Shown here piece after piece: positions 39,382-48,807 of a stretch of 64,000 nucleotides of DNA. The stretch is taken from NCBI GenBank assembly GCA_963743485.1, contig CAVUPQ010000004.1:279292-343291 (forward strand), given 5' to 3'. Source of the DNA: an uncultured Actinomycetota bacterium (GTDB lineage Bacteria > Actinomycetota > Actinomycetes > Actinomycetales > Demequinaceae). Within the stretch, counting starts at the first letter, position 1, and each line of letters begins with the position of its first letter. The notes below the pieces were generated by a model. The model was not told the origin of the DNA, ran no database searches, and saw only the letters and a list, made by a program, of their open reading frames with translations. The position numbers were made by a program, and so were the translations under genes.

Positions 39382-41093
39382 CGCGCCCGATGCCCGGTCG
39401 GTTCCCCAACGAGTGACGTCGGTTGGGGCCCGTCGTCCGCGACGGGAGTCGCGCGCAGCCGAATGCCCGCGACGCCGACGGCCGCACCGGAGATCATCAC
39501 GAGTGCGGCCCACGCGCTGAAGCGGTGGCCGTCGTTCCCCGGGGCGTAGACCACCAGCGTCGCGAGGGCCTGGAACCCTACGATCCCCCACACCCACGCC
39601 CCGGCGCGGCGTTCGAGCCAGACCGCGGCGGCGCCAGCGAGCAGCAGCAGCCACACCTGGGATCCCTGGTGAACGAGGGTCGAGCCGGGGATGAACATCG
39701 CGAGGCACCACAGCGCGATAGACGCCAGGCTCAACCAGACGACACTCAGAAGCAGCCGATCCTCTCCGCGAAGCGCCCGTCGCCTGAGCCTGCGAACGAG
39801 CACCGCGACCATCGCGACGACCACGAGCGGGTAGACGACGCCGAGCGCCGTCGTCGTCGTGAAGAACTCCGCCGACTGGCGTGTGCCCAACGCGTCTGAG
39901 CACCAGCACCTGACGCCCGCCGTGGGATCCAGGTTGAATGCGGTCGTGAGGTTGGTCCAACGCCCCGCGACCCAGTCAGTGAACGTGAGGTCCCGATAGG
40001 AGTCCACGAGCGCGCGCAGAAAGGAGCGAGGGTCATCCGCGGGGATCACGCCGGCCAAGTGCCACTTGACGAGCCGGTCGCCGGGGGGATCAGCGAACCG
40101 CGCGTATAGCAGCCAAGGAGCGTAGGTCAGGAGGGCGGCGACGCCAGCCCACCCAATCGTGGCCGCTACCGCACGACGCTCGCCCCGCTTGCCGCGCATC
40201 GCCGCGATTGCCAGCGCGACAATCAGCGGTGCGGCAAACGCCGCAGCCCCGTGGGCGAGCAGCGCCAGCGCGACGCTGATGCTGGCGAGGACCACGCCGG
40301 GCCTGAAGAACGCACGATCCCGCCTCGCCTCGATCAAGAAGACGCAGGCCGCAATGACAAGTGCGGCCGAGAGCATCTTCGGCCAGGTGTAGATCGTGTT
40401 GACGAGGCTCGTTCCCATCGTCGCGGCGAGAAGAACTCCGGCGGTCGATGCCCGCGTGGACGCTCGCACTGCGCGCAGGAGCGCGTAGAGGGCGGGGATC
40501 CACATCGCTTGCGCGACGACGCTCCCACCGAAGGCTCCGGCGTCCGCTCCAGCGAGGGGCGCCGCGAACGCCCGAACCAGCAGGAGGAACCCCGCTTGCA
40601 GCGGCGGACGATCGCTCCCATTCCAGTCCCCGATCAGCCCGTGCGTGGATCGACCCGAGGCGATCGCATCCTCAAGCAGATGGGGAATCGCGTTGTCGGG
40701 TGGGAGCATTCCGTCGGTGAAGCGGGCCTCCGCGAGCGTGAAGGCCCCGGTCTCTCCGTGCCAGAGGTACGTCAGGCCCACATACACGACGACGATCCCG
40801 ACGACGAGTCCGAGGACCGGGGCGGCCGATCGCCAATAGCGCCATGCGCGGGCACGCGCTGCGACGAGAACCGCCGCGGCGACGAGGGCGACGCTCGCGA
40901 GCGTGCCGAGGACGGGATGGACCCACCACGCGAGGAACGCGACCCAGGACGCTCCCGCCCACGACGCGATGCCGAACGCCATGCCGAGGTGCTCGCGCCC
41001 GACCCACACGCGCGCCGTGGCGCTCATGCCGCCGACCACCAGCACCACTGCAATCCCGCCAGCGAACACCACCGACAGAAGCGCGAGAGCCAT
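39378..41093 (-). CDS. polytopic membrane protein (571 aa), GT-C-like; paralog of 33823..35517
   Basis: Intact ORF, collinear with 33823..35517 (see that entry). 4-nt overlap with the end of the frameshifted epimerase gene on the opposite strand. Confidence 0.7.
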   Translation of the reverse strand: MALALLSVVFAGGIAVVLVVGGMSATARVWVGREHLGMAFGIASWAGASWVAFLAWWVHPVLGTLASVALVAAAVLVAARARAWRYWRSAAPVLGLVVGIVVVYVGLTYLWHGETGAFTLAEARFTDGMLPPDNAIPHLLEDAIASGRSTHGLIGDWNGSDRPPLQAGFLLLVRAFAAPLAGADAGAFGGSVVAQAMWIPALYALLRAVRASTRASTAGVLLAATMGTSLVNTIYTWPKMLSAALVIAACVFLIEARRDRAFFRPGVVLASISVALALLAHGAAAFAAPLIVALAIAAMRGKRGERRAVAATIGWAGVAALLTYAPWLLYARFADPPGDRLVKWHLAGVIPADDPRSFLRALVDSYRDLTFTDWVAGRWTNLTTAFNLDPTAGVRCWCSDALGTRQSAEFFTTTTALGVVYPLVVVAMVAVLVRRLRRRALRGEDRLLLSVVWLSLASIALWCLAMFIPGSTLVHQGSQVWLLLLAGAAAVWLERRAGAWVWGIVGFQALATLVVYAPGNDGHRFSAWAALVMISGAAVGVAGIRLRATPVADDGPQPTSLVGEPTGHRAR

Positions 41094-41216
41094 GGCCCCA
41101 CCCTAGCGGCGACCCGGTATGCTCACGGGCGGGGCGCTCGTGCGGGCACCCGCCTACGGCAGTTTCGCCGGTCTGCGGCTCGCGCCGTCGCGGCGGGGAG
41201 GGATGACGCGAGCTCC

Positions 41217-42566
41217 ATGACCACCACTCAGGGCCCCCGCGAGCGCGTCCAGCGCTTCGTGTCGTCTCCGTACGCCTGGCACTACACGTCGCTGATCGTC
41301 GGCTTCGCGGTCATCGCGTGGCTCCAGCGGAGCCAGTGGTTCTTCTTTGACGAGTGGGCGTTTCTCGAACCGACCAGTCCCGGGCTGCTCGCGCCCCACG
41401 TCGGACACTGGAGCACGTCGCCGCTCCTCCTCTTCCACGGCTTCCGAGACTGGTTTGGCCTCGACAGCTATTTCCCGTTCGCCATGGCCGTCACGGTCGC
41501 GCACCTCGCGGTCGCCCACGTCATCTGGCGGATCGTCCGCCGCGCTGGCGCCGATCCCTGGATCGCCACCGCAGGCGTTTCCGTTCTCATCGTTCTTGGA
41601 ACGGGATCCGAGAACATTCTCTGGGCGTTCCAGGTCGGATTCCTCGGCGGGCTTGCGCTCGGCCTCACCTCGTTTCTTCTGGCGCTCCAGGATGATTGGT
41701 CGCGCCGCCGCTTCGTGGGCGCGATCCTGGTGTCCCTCTTCGCGCTCACGTGGTCGGGAACCGCGATACCGCTCGTTGTCGCGAGCGCCGCCGTGTGGTG
41801 GCGCAAGCGCGGATTCCGCACCGCCGCCGTGTACTCCGCGATCGCAGGCGGCGTGTATCTCACTTGGTACGCGGCCTTCGCCCTCGGCAACCCGAACAAC
41901 CCGGACACGGGCGGGTGGGGAGCGGAGAAGCTCCTGGTCAAGGTCCCTGAGTTCGTGGGCGTCATGCTCATCTATGGGTTCCAGGACATCTTCCCCGTAT
42001 TCGGTATCGGAGCCATCGTCCTCGTCGCGCTCCTCGCTTGGCTCGTCGTCCTCCGAGTCCGGAGGGCCAGCGTTCCGGGGCTCTCGACCGCGCTCATCCT
42101 CACGGCGGCGGCGGTCCTGTTCTCGCTCCTCACGGCCTTCAGCCGCGCGAGCTTCTCCATCGGCGGCGGGCGCTCGTCGCGGTACGTCTACGTCCTCGTG
42201 GTGTTGCTTCTCCCGTTAGCGTGCGTCGCTCTCACCCGGGCGGCCGCGCGCGTTCGTCTCGGCAGGACCGCAGTCGTCGCGCTTCTCCTCGTCCTCGGCG
42301 GGTACCAGGGACACCTGCTTCTGGTCCACGCTAGCGCGGAGGCCGAACGCGAAGCCGGGTCAGACAGGGTTCTGTCGGCGGCGTTGTCCCTGTACCTCGA
42401 GGATCCGTCTCAGGTCGACCTCGCGGCGCAGCCCGAGGGTGTCTGGGCTCCCGATCTGGTCCTCGCCGACTTGGTGGACCTGTACACCTCGGGCCGGTTC
42501 CCGATCGACCCCTTCACGCCGGAGGATCTCGCACAGGCGCGCGAGAACGTCGGGGTCTCGCCCTAG
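41217..42566 (+). CDS. polytopic membrane protein (449 aa), GT-C-like; paralog of 52199..53851
   Basis: The ATG at 41217 is in frame in shadow ORF 40251..42566 (MTTTQGPRERVQRF...). It has an acidic motif after TM1 (FFFDEWAF), then APHVGHWSTSP, FGLDSYFPFA and GTGSENILWAFQVGFLGG. All of these are shared with the protein at 52199..53851. Confidence 0.7.
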   Translation: MTTTQGPRERVQRFVSSPYAWHYTSLIVGFAVIAWLQRSQWFFFDEWAFLEPTSPGLLAPHVGHWSTSPLLLFHGFRDWFGLDSYFPFAMAVTVAHLAVAHVIWRIVRRAGADPWIATAGVSVLIVLGTGSENILWAFQVGFLGGLALGLTSFLLALQDDWSRRRFVGAILVSLFALTWSGTAIPLVVASAAVWWRKRGFRTAAVYSAIAGGVYLTWYAAFALGNPNNPDTGGWGAEKLLVKVPEFVGVMLIYGFQDIFPVFGIGAIVLVALLAWLVVLRVRRASVPGLSTALILTAAAVLFSLLTAFSRASFSIGGGRSSRYVYVLVVLLLPLACVALTRAAARVRLGRTAVVALLLVLGGYQGHLLLVHASAEAEREAGSDRVLSAALSLYLEDPSQVDLAAQPEGVWAPDLVLADLVDLYTSGRFPIDPFTPEDLAQARENVGVSP

Positions 42567-42580
42567 CCGCCCGTCCGACG

Positions 42581-45106
42581 TCAGGGGGCAGAGGACGCCC
42601 GTGCCGCCGCCTCGCGCTTCCTCTCGCGGCGAGCCCGCAGGCGGTCGACGACCGCGCCCGGGCCCCCGTTGCGCAGGTAGTACCCGACCCGATCGAGATC
42701 GCGTCGCCACCCGGAGTAGTTCCTGCTCCGCTTTCGCCTTGACGCGCTGGCAAGGGTGGTGGACGGGCGCGGGTCATCGACGTTCGTGGGATCCCTGTCC
42801 GCGGCGCGCACCGGGTTCCTGCAGAACTCGACGAGCACCTTCATGGTCCGCTCCCACGTGAATTCCTGCGCGACCTTGCGAACGTTTGCGGCCGCGCGCC
42901 GACTCGCGGCGTCGTCGAACAGCATGAGTTCGAGCGCCGCCGCCAGCGCAGCCTCGTCGCGCTCGGGCACCGCGACGCCCAGGTCCTCCTCCGCCACGAG
43001 GTCGCCGAACGAGTCGCCTCGGGTCGAGACGATGGGCAGCCCGGCCCAGAGGTAGTCGAGGATGCGCGTGCGGAAGGAGAAAGTCGTCTCGACGTGCTCG
43101 AAGTGCGTGGACACGCCGACATCCGCTTCGAGGAGATAGTTCTGGCGCTCCTCGTACGGAACCCACGTTTCGTTGAAGAACACGTGCTCCGCGAGGCCGA
43201 GGCGCGTGACGAGTGCGCGGACGCGCGAGACGACCTCCATCTCCGGCACGTGCGGGCTCGGGTGCTTGACCCCCATGAACAGCAGGCGCACATTCGGGCG
43301 CTTCTTGGCGAGAACGCCAATGGCGCGGACCAGGGTCTCGGGATCGAACCAGTTGTAGATTCCGCCCGCCCAGATGACGACCTTGTCGCGCTTGCCAATC
43401 CCGGGAATCACGCCCCGGATCGCTGGCCGCGTTGCCACGGGGGGCTCAGACGGGAGCCCGAACGGGGCGACCGCGATCAGGGTGTCGAGGCCCCGGTCCC
43501 TCGAATAGGTGAAGCCGTTGACCCGGCCGAGAGCGGCGAGTTGTCCCAACCAGAAACTCTTCTGGCGATCGCTCGCGCACAGGAAGAAGTCGCCTCGAAC
43601 CATCTGGTGGTTGAGCGCCTCGTTCGAGTCCGCAATCTGATCGTTCCAGCGCCCCATGGGCTTGTCCTTCGCCTGCTCGAGCTGCTCGAGGTGAAGGGGG
43701 TCGTAGACGTCGACGACCAGCACCTTGGTCGTGGACTCGAGGGACGGGAAGTACTGCAACGCGTGTCCCTGGACCACCACGACGTCCGCCCATTCCTCGT
43801 GGGTGGCCATCGCCTTCGGCTTCCCCGACGGAACGACGAGCACCTCGAAGTCGTCGCTCGCGACCGACGCGGCTGACGTGCTGATGAGCCGGACGTCGTT
43901 CTCCTTCGACAGGACTCGCGCGATGTTCCATGCGCGGATCGCTGGCCCTGCCATGCGCTCGGCGATCGGATCTCCCGTGACAATGACGACTCTGCGGCGG
44001 TCGGCAATCGCCAGGGTCCCGAGCGTGTCCGCGATCTTCTCGTATCCCCGCAGGTAGCTCTCGATCGGCGTCGCCGGCTCGTCGGTGACCCCGAACTTCT
44101 CCTTCAGGGCGCGGTCGGGCACGACGCGCGTCGCCTGGATCGCGATGCGCGCATCGAGGAGTTCTGGCAGGTGCTCGACGAACTGGTCGAGCGCGAAGAG
44201 CCCGGCCATCGTCGACTTGTCGACGTCCATCCCTCGTACCGCCTCGTCCCCGGGTACGCGCAGGTCGAGGCTTGCGGAATCAAGGCCGCCGCGGGCCACC
44301 GCGCGCCGAACGGCCAAGAGCAGGGCGCCGGGAAGGACCTGGGCGAGCGCTTCGTCGCCCAGGTTCTTGAACGCCGTGTACAGGGCATTGCGCTCCAGCA
44401 GGTACTGCTCCCTGAAGGCGCCGAACTTCTCGATCGACGCATGGTGCTTGTGGTACACCAGCGAGCGTGGCTGAAAACGGAAGCGCAAGCCAGCGAGGTT
44501 CAGGCGCCATCCGAAATCAACGTCTTCGTAGAACATGAAGTAGCGCTCGTCGAAGCCACCGAGCTCCTCAAACGCCCGCGAACGCACGAACATCGCGGCA
44601 CCGGTCCCGAAGAGAACGTCGCGCTCGTCGTCCCACGTGCCGCGGTCCGCCTCGCCTGCGTGCGGCTTGTAGCCCATGCCGTACCAGGTCACCGCGGCGT
44701 CGACGAAGTCGACGCGCTTCCCCGACCAGTCCAGAACCTTGCTCGCGACGGCGGCGATGTCCCGTCCGCCCTTGAAGGTCTCGATGGCCTCGACGATCCA
44801 ACGCGGATCGGGCTTCGCGTCATTGTTGAGGAACGCGATGTACTCGCCGGACGCCTTCTTGGCCCCGAGGTTGCAGCCTCCGGCGAAGCCAAGGTTCTCC
44901 TTCGACGCGACGATTCGCACTTTCCCCGGGATGGCCTTGAGTATGTCGAGACTTCCGTCACCGGAGGCGTTGTCGACGATCACGATCTCGAGCAGGTGCT
45001 CCGGCCACTCGCACTCCCGGAGCGCGGCGACTGCCGCCGCAGTGTCGGCCGCGCCGCGGAAGTTCACCAGGACGACCGAGACGAGATCGGGGATGAGAGT
45101 CGACAC
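42581..45106 (-). CDS. bifunctional glycosyltransferase, N-terminal GT2 fused to C-terminal GT4/GT-B domain (841 aa)
   Basis: Intact ORF. GT2 part: VSVVLVNFRGAADT, IVDNASGDGS, ENLGFAGGCNLG, FLNNDA, FMFYEDVDFGWRL. C-terminal GT-B part: VVIWAGGIYNWFDPETLVRAI...EADVGVSTHFEHVETTFSFRTRILDYLWAGLPIVSTRGDSFGDLV. Basic tail. Confidence 0.85.
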   Translation of the reverse strand: MSTLIPDLVSVVLVNFRGAADTAAAVAALRECEWPEHLLEIVIVDNASGDGSLDILKAIPGKVRIVASKENLGFAGGCNLGAKKASGEYIAFLNNDAKPDPRWIVEAIETFKGGRDIAAVASKVLDWSGKRVDFVDAAVTWYGMGYKPHAGEADRGTWDDERDVLFGTGAAMFVRSRAFEELGGFDERYFMFYEDVDFGWRLNLAGLRFRFQPRSLVYHKHHASIEKFGAFREQYLLERNALYTAFKNLGDEALAQVLPGALLLAVRRAVARGGLDSASLDLRVPGDEAVRGMDVDKSTMAGLFALDQFVEHLPELLDARIAIQATRVVPDRALKEKFGVTDEPATPIESYLRGYEKIADTLGTLAIADRRRVVIVTGDPIAERMAGPAIRAWNIARVLSKENDVRLISTSAASVASDDFEVLVVPSGKPKAMATHEEWADVVVVQGHALQYFPSLESTTKVLVVDVYDPLHLEQLEQAKDKPMGRWNDQIADSNEALNHQMVRGDFFLCASDRQKSFWLGQLAALGRVNGFTYSRDRGLDTLIAVAPFGLPSEPPVATRPAIRGVIPGIGKRDKVVIWAGGIYNWFDPETLVRAIGVLAKKRPNVRLLFMGVKHPSPHVPEMEVVSRVRALVTRLGLAEHVFFNETWVPYEERQNYLLEADVGVSTHFEHVETTFSFRTRILDYLWAGLPIVSTRGDSFGDLVAEEDLGVAVPERDEAALAAALELMLFDDAASRRAAANVRKVAQEFTWERTMKVLVEFCRNPVRAADRDPTNVDDPRPSTTLASASRRKRSRNYSGWRRDLDRVGYYLRNGGPGAVVDRLRARRERKREAAARASSAP

Positions 45107-45183
45107 GCGTGCCCCTCCGTTCGTGTTTCTCCGTCGCGAGGGAGTCTATCGGTCGGGGACCTGCCGCTACCCGCGCGAGGGAC

Positions 45184-46749
45184 CTAGTTTGCCGGTTCGC
45201 GAGAGTAGACGACGGTCGGATCGCTCGGCCACAGCGGGCTGTCCCAGAGCAGGTGCTCCCAACGGTTCCACAACGCGTCTATCTCGGACTTCCCTACCCT
45301 GGGATCGCGGGACCGCGACTCGTAGTGATACAGCTCGGCGAAGGGAGTCCAGTAGTTCTGATAGCCGAGCGACGCGACCTTGAGACAGAAGTCGACGTCA
45401 TTGAAGCTGCCGGGCAACAGCGTCGACAGTCCCCCGGCTTCGACGAACACCGCTCTGCTGACCATGGCGCAGGCCGCGGTCACCCCTGCCACCTCACGCT
45501 CCACGAGGAACGCGCCCTGCGGCCCCGACGAGCCACGCTCCGAGTGCAGGCCCACGTGCGTCACGTTGAAGTTCTGGTACGCGTGGCCAGCGTGCTGAAT
45601 CGTGTCGTCCTCGAAGTACAGCATCGCGCCAACCACCCCCGCTCGCGGCCGCTGGGCGAGCGCGAGCATCCTCTCCAGCCAGTGGGGAGTGATGACCTCG
45701 ACGTCGTCGTTCAGCATCACGACGAAGTCGCCGCTCGAATGGAGGACGCCGGCGTTGATCTTCTCCGAAAAGCTGAACGGGCGCGTCCAGTCGACGATCG
45801 TGAGGCGGTCGCCGGCGACGCGCTCAAGGTCGCGACGAACGCCGTCGTCGGCCGCCGAATCCACGACGACGACGATCTCGACGTCCGGGTACGTCGACCT
45901 CTCCACCACCGACGCCACGGCCTCCACGACGAGGCACCGCTCGACGCCTCGCACCTGGGCGCGGTCGCCGCGCGTCGGGATGACGATCGACACGAGGGGC
46001 GCGCCTTGCACGAGTCTCCGCGTCGCGAACCCGCCCGTGCCCGCCGCCGGGACAACGTCGCCCCCGCCCGTCGCGTCGAGGTGTTCGCTCAACGCGCGCT
46101 CGGCGGACGCCGACGCGACACGCCCGGCCACCCCCCACGCCTCCTCAAGGCTTAGAGGTCCAGGCCTGACAGCGGCAACGGGAACGTGCGCGACCCGGAC
46201 CCCCGGGTTCCGGCTCGCCCGCAGGACGAGATCGTAGATCTCCGCGCCGGGAAGCCCGCTTCGCACTCCACCGACCTCGGCCACAAGCGAGCGCCGAATC
46301 GCCGTCAGGCTTCCGAAATAGAACTGCCCTCGGAGTCGCTCGGGAGAGTAGGCGGGCTTCGCGACGATCTCGCGGCCGTTGATCTCATCGGAGTAGAGGA
46401 TGTCGGCATCCGCGAGCCCGCCGCCCAAGAGAGCCTGCAGCCCCGATGGTTCGACGCTGTCGCCCGCTGAGAGGAAGGCGACAAACTCGGCGCGGGACGC
46501 GTCCAGGCCGGCCGCGAGCGCGTCCGACAGGTCCGCGTCAGCCCCCACGCCGATCACGGTCACCCTGCCGTCCCGACGCGACTGCGCTCCGCCACCGCGC
46601 GAGACGATGACCGCCTCCCACTCCGCGAACGTTTGAGCGATCAGCGATCTCTCCGCCACGGACGGTGTCCCGGCTCCCTCCGGCCCAGCAACGACAACAA
46701 GACAGATCCCGGGCACCCGCCGGATGTCGGGCGCCTTGGCCCTCGGCAC
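45184..46749 (-). CDS. glycosyltransferase with tandem GT2-like domains (521 aa)
   Basis: Intact ORF. The second domain is clear: VSIVIPTRG, IVVVVDSAADD, VVMLNDDVEV, FNDVDFCLK, ELYHYES. The first domain is more degenerate (FLSAGDSVEP, ILYSDE). Its GTG start overlaps the TAG of the upstream small ORF (TAGTG at 46747-46751). Confidence 0.8.
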   Translation of the reverse strand: MPRAKAPDIRRVPGICLVVVAGPEGAGTPSVAERSLIAQTFAEWEAVIVSRGGGAQSRRDGRVTVIGVGADADLSDALAAGLDASRAEFVAFLSAGDSVEPSGLQALLGGGLADADILYSDEINGREIVAKPAYSPERLRGQFYFGSLTAIRRSLVAEVGGVRSGLPGAEIYDLVLRASRNPGVRVAHVPVAAVRPGPLSLEEAWGVAGRVASASAERALSEHLDATGGGDVVPAAGTGGFATRRLVQGAPLVSIVIPTRGDRAQVRGVERCLVVEAVASVVERSTYPDVEIVVVVDSAADDGVRRDLERVAGDRLTIVDWTRPFSFSEKINAGVLHSSGDFVVMLNDDVEVITPHWLERMLALAQRPRAGVVGAMLYFEDDTIQHAGHAYQNFNVTHVGLHSERGSSGPQGAFLVEREVAGVTAACAMVSRAVFVEAGGLSTLLPGSFNDVDFCLKVASLGYQNYWTPFAELYHYESRSRDPRVGKSEIDALWNRWEHLLWDSPLWPSDPTVVYSREPAN

Positions 46750-47075
46750 TAGCCGCGCCCCTTCCGGCGACGGGCCCTGATGAAGCGCATCGTTGCCGCA
46801 TTGAAGGACCGAAAGGGCGAACTCTCTGCTGCCCTGAGTTCCGCCTTCAAGCGCTCAATCTCGTCGCGGACACCGAGCGGGGCCGACGACGCGGCCCTCA
46901 GCCTCGCGACTTCCGCCTCAAGGCCCAGAATTCGATCGACGAGTTGGAGTTGACGAGTCTCCCACTCGATCTCCCTCGCGGTCTTCCCGGAGTTGCGCTT
47001 GCTCGTCGCCACGCCCGCCAGCCTAGCAAGGGCGGCAGCGGTCGCTCGCGACGCCGCCGGTCGCGAACCCGGCAT
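46749..47075 (-). CDS. small coiled-coil protein (108 aa), unknown function
   Basis: ORF lying between the ABC ATPase and the tandem-GT2 gene, translationally coupled to the latter. Heptad-like helical stretch REIEWETRQLQLVDRILGLEAEVARLRAA...RDEIERLKAELRAAE and a basic C-terminus. No family recognised; coding status is supported mainly by position and coupling. Confidence 0.5.
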   Translation of the reverse strand: MPGSRPAASRATAAALARLAGVATSKRNSGKTAREIEWETRQLQLVDRILGLEAEVARLRAASSAPLGVRDEIERLKAELRAAESSPFRSFNAATMRFIRARRRKGRG

Positions 47076-47097
47076 CGGCCGAACCTTGCCGAGGCGA

Positions 47098-47841
47098 TCA
47101 GGCGTTGTCGTGCGGGAGGGACTTCAGGTACTTGTCCACCGTGGACTTGGTCTTCCCGACCGTAATCAGCTTCCCGTGGCTGAGCCAGGCGGCGTGATCG
47201 CACATCTTGCGCACGGCGGGCATCGAGTGGCTCACAAGAATCACGGTCTTGCCCGCCGCGTGAAAGTCGTCGAACTTCTGGAAGCACTTCTCCTGGAACT
47301 CGGCGTCGCCCACCGCGAGCACCTCATCAACCACGAGGATGTCGGGGTCGACGTTGATCGCGATGGCGAAGCCCAGCCGCACGTACATGCCGGACGAATA
47401 GTTCTTCACGGGTTGGTCAATGAACTGCTCGACGCCCGAAAACTCGACGATCTCGTCAAACTTTGCCGAGACCTCCTTCTTGGACATTCCCAGAATCGAG
47501 CCGTTGAGGAAGATGTTCTCGCGCCCCGAGAGCTCGCTGTGGAATCCCGAGCCCACCTCAAGCATCGCCGCGACCCGACCCCGGTGCGAAATGGTTCCGC
47601 CATCGGGATAGTAGATGTTCGCCAGGCACTTGAGCAGGGTCGACTTGCCTGACCCGTTGCTACCGATGAGCGCGAAGGTCGAGCCCTCCGGGACATCGAA
47701 CGTGACATCCTCCAGCGCCCAGAAGTCCCGATGCACGGACCGACGGCCCCGCATGATCGCGGCCTTCAACGTCTGGTTGCGCTCCGCATACATGCGGAAG
47801 CGCTTGCTCACGTGGTCCACGCTGACGGCTGTCTCGCTCAT
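47098..47841 (-). CDS. polysaccharide/teichoic-acid-type ABC transporter ATP-binding protein (Wzt/TagH-like, no C-terminal glycan-binding domain)
   Basis: The ATG at 47841 (MSETAVSVDHVSKRF) lies inside ORF 47098..47949 and makes an ATGA overlap with the permease stop. Walker A GSNGSGKST, signature YSSGMYVRL, Walker B ILVVDEVLAVGD. Confidence 0.9.
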   Translation of the reverse strand: MSETAVSVDHVSKRFRMYAERNQTLKAAIMRGRRSVHRDFWALEDVTFDVPEGSTFALIGSNGSGKSTLLKCLANIYYPDGGTISHRGRVAAMLEVGSGFHSELSGRENIFLNGSILGMSKKEVSAKFDEIVEFSGVEQFIDQPVKNYSSGMYVRLGFAIAINVDPDILVVDEVLAVGDAEFQEKCFQKFDDFHAAGKTVILVSHSMPAVRKMCDHAAWLSHGKLITVGKTKSTVDKYLKSLPHDNA

Positions 47842-48674
47842 AGCGCCTCCGCGAGCTTCTTCTCGTTCCGGCGGAAGATCGCTGTTCCGATCACCAGCGA
47901 CACGATCGCCGCGCCAACGCACCACACCCATTCGGCGGGGTCGGGCCACCGGTTGTCGTAGAGCAGTTGACGGAAGATTGTCGCGAAGTGCTTCAGGGGG
48001 TTGAGATTGTAGAGCTCCGAGATGGTGATCGGCGTGCCGAGCAGGCCGCCGACCTTATCCGACTGTTCGTCGACGATGGATGCCGGGTAGATGATCGGCG
48101 TCATGTACATCCACATCTGCAGCGCGATGGTCACGAAGTACTGGGTATCGCGGAAGTAGACGTTGAAGATGGAGAACATCAGCGCGAGGCCCGCCGCGAA
48201 CGCCACGAGGAGCAGCATCGCGACCAGCACGAGGGGGATCCACGGAAGGATCATCGCGCCCGCGATGACGAGGACGACGGCGAGGAGCGCCATCTCGAAG
48301 AGCCAGTTGTATCCCACCGCGCCGACCTGCGACAACGGGAGGACGACGCGATTGAACGACACCTTCTGAATGAGGTTGGCGTTCTCGACAAGGGTGGTGA
48401 GACCGCGGTTGATCGAGTTCGACACGAACGTGTAGGGCAGCAGGCCGCACAGGAGCCAGACGGCGAAGAAGTCGAGCCCGCTCGGGTCTCCCGGCGCGGG
48501 CTTGACGCGGAAGATGAAGGAGAAGACGAACGTGTAGATGAGCATCAAGGCAAGGGGGTTCGCGAGAGACCACAGCTGGCCAAGAACCGTCCGCTTGTAC
48601 TTCCCGCGGATCTCGCGCATCGTGAGGTTTGCAAGGAGTTCGCGAGCCGCGAATAGGTCCTTGATGTAGCGCAT
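47838..48674 (-). CDS. ABC-2 type polysaccharide export permease (Wzm/TagG-like)
   Basis: The ATG at 48674 (MRYIKDLFAARELLANLTMREIRGKYKRTVLGQLWSLANP) lies inside shadow ORF 47838..49334. 278 aa, 6 TM, typical ABC-2 N-terminal motif. Confidence 0.9.
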   Translation of the reverse strand: MRYIKDLFAARELLANLTMREIRGKYKRTVLGQLWSLANPLALMLIYTFVFSFIFRVKPAPGDPSGLDFFAVWLLCGLLPYTFVSNSINRGLTTLVENANLIQKVSFNRVVLPLSQVGAVGYNWLFEMALLAVVLVIAGAMILPWIPLVLVAMLLLVAFAAGLALMFSIFNVYFRDTQYFVTIALQMWMYMTPIIYPASIVDEQSDKVGGLLGTPITISELYNLNPLKHFATIFRQLLYDNRWPDPAEWVWCVGAAIVSLVIGTAIFRRNEKKLAEAL

Positions 48675-48807
48675 GGGTCCCCACAGACGAGTGATTGCTT
48701 CGAGGATGCAGTCTAGCGGCACTCCGACGCCATCCCTGATGACGTCGGAGCGCGCCGCTCGGGGCAGGGTCGAGGGCCTGAGAGAGGCCAGATGAGAGAG
48801 TGTATCC

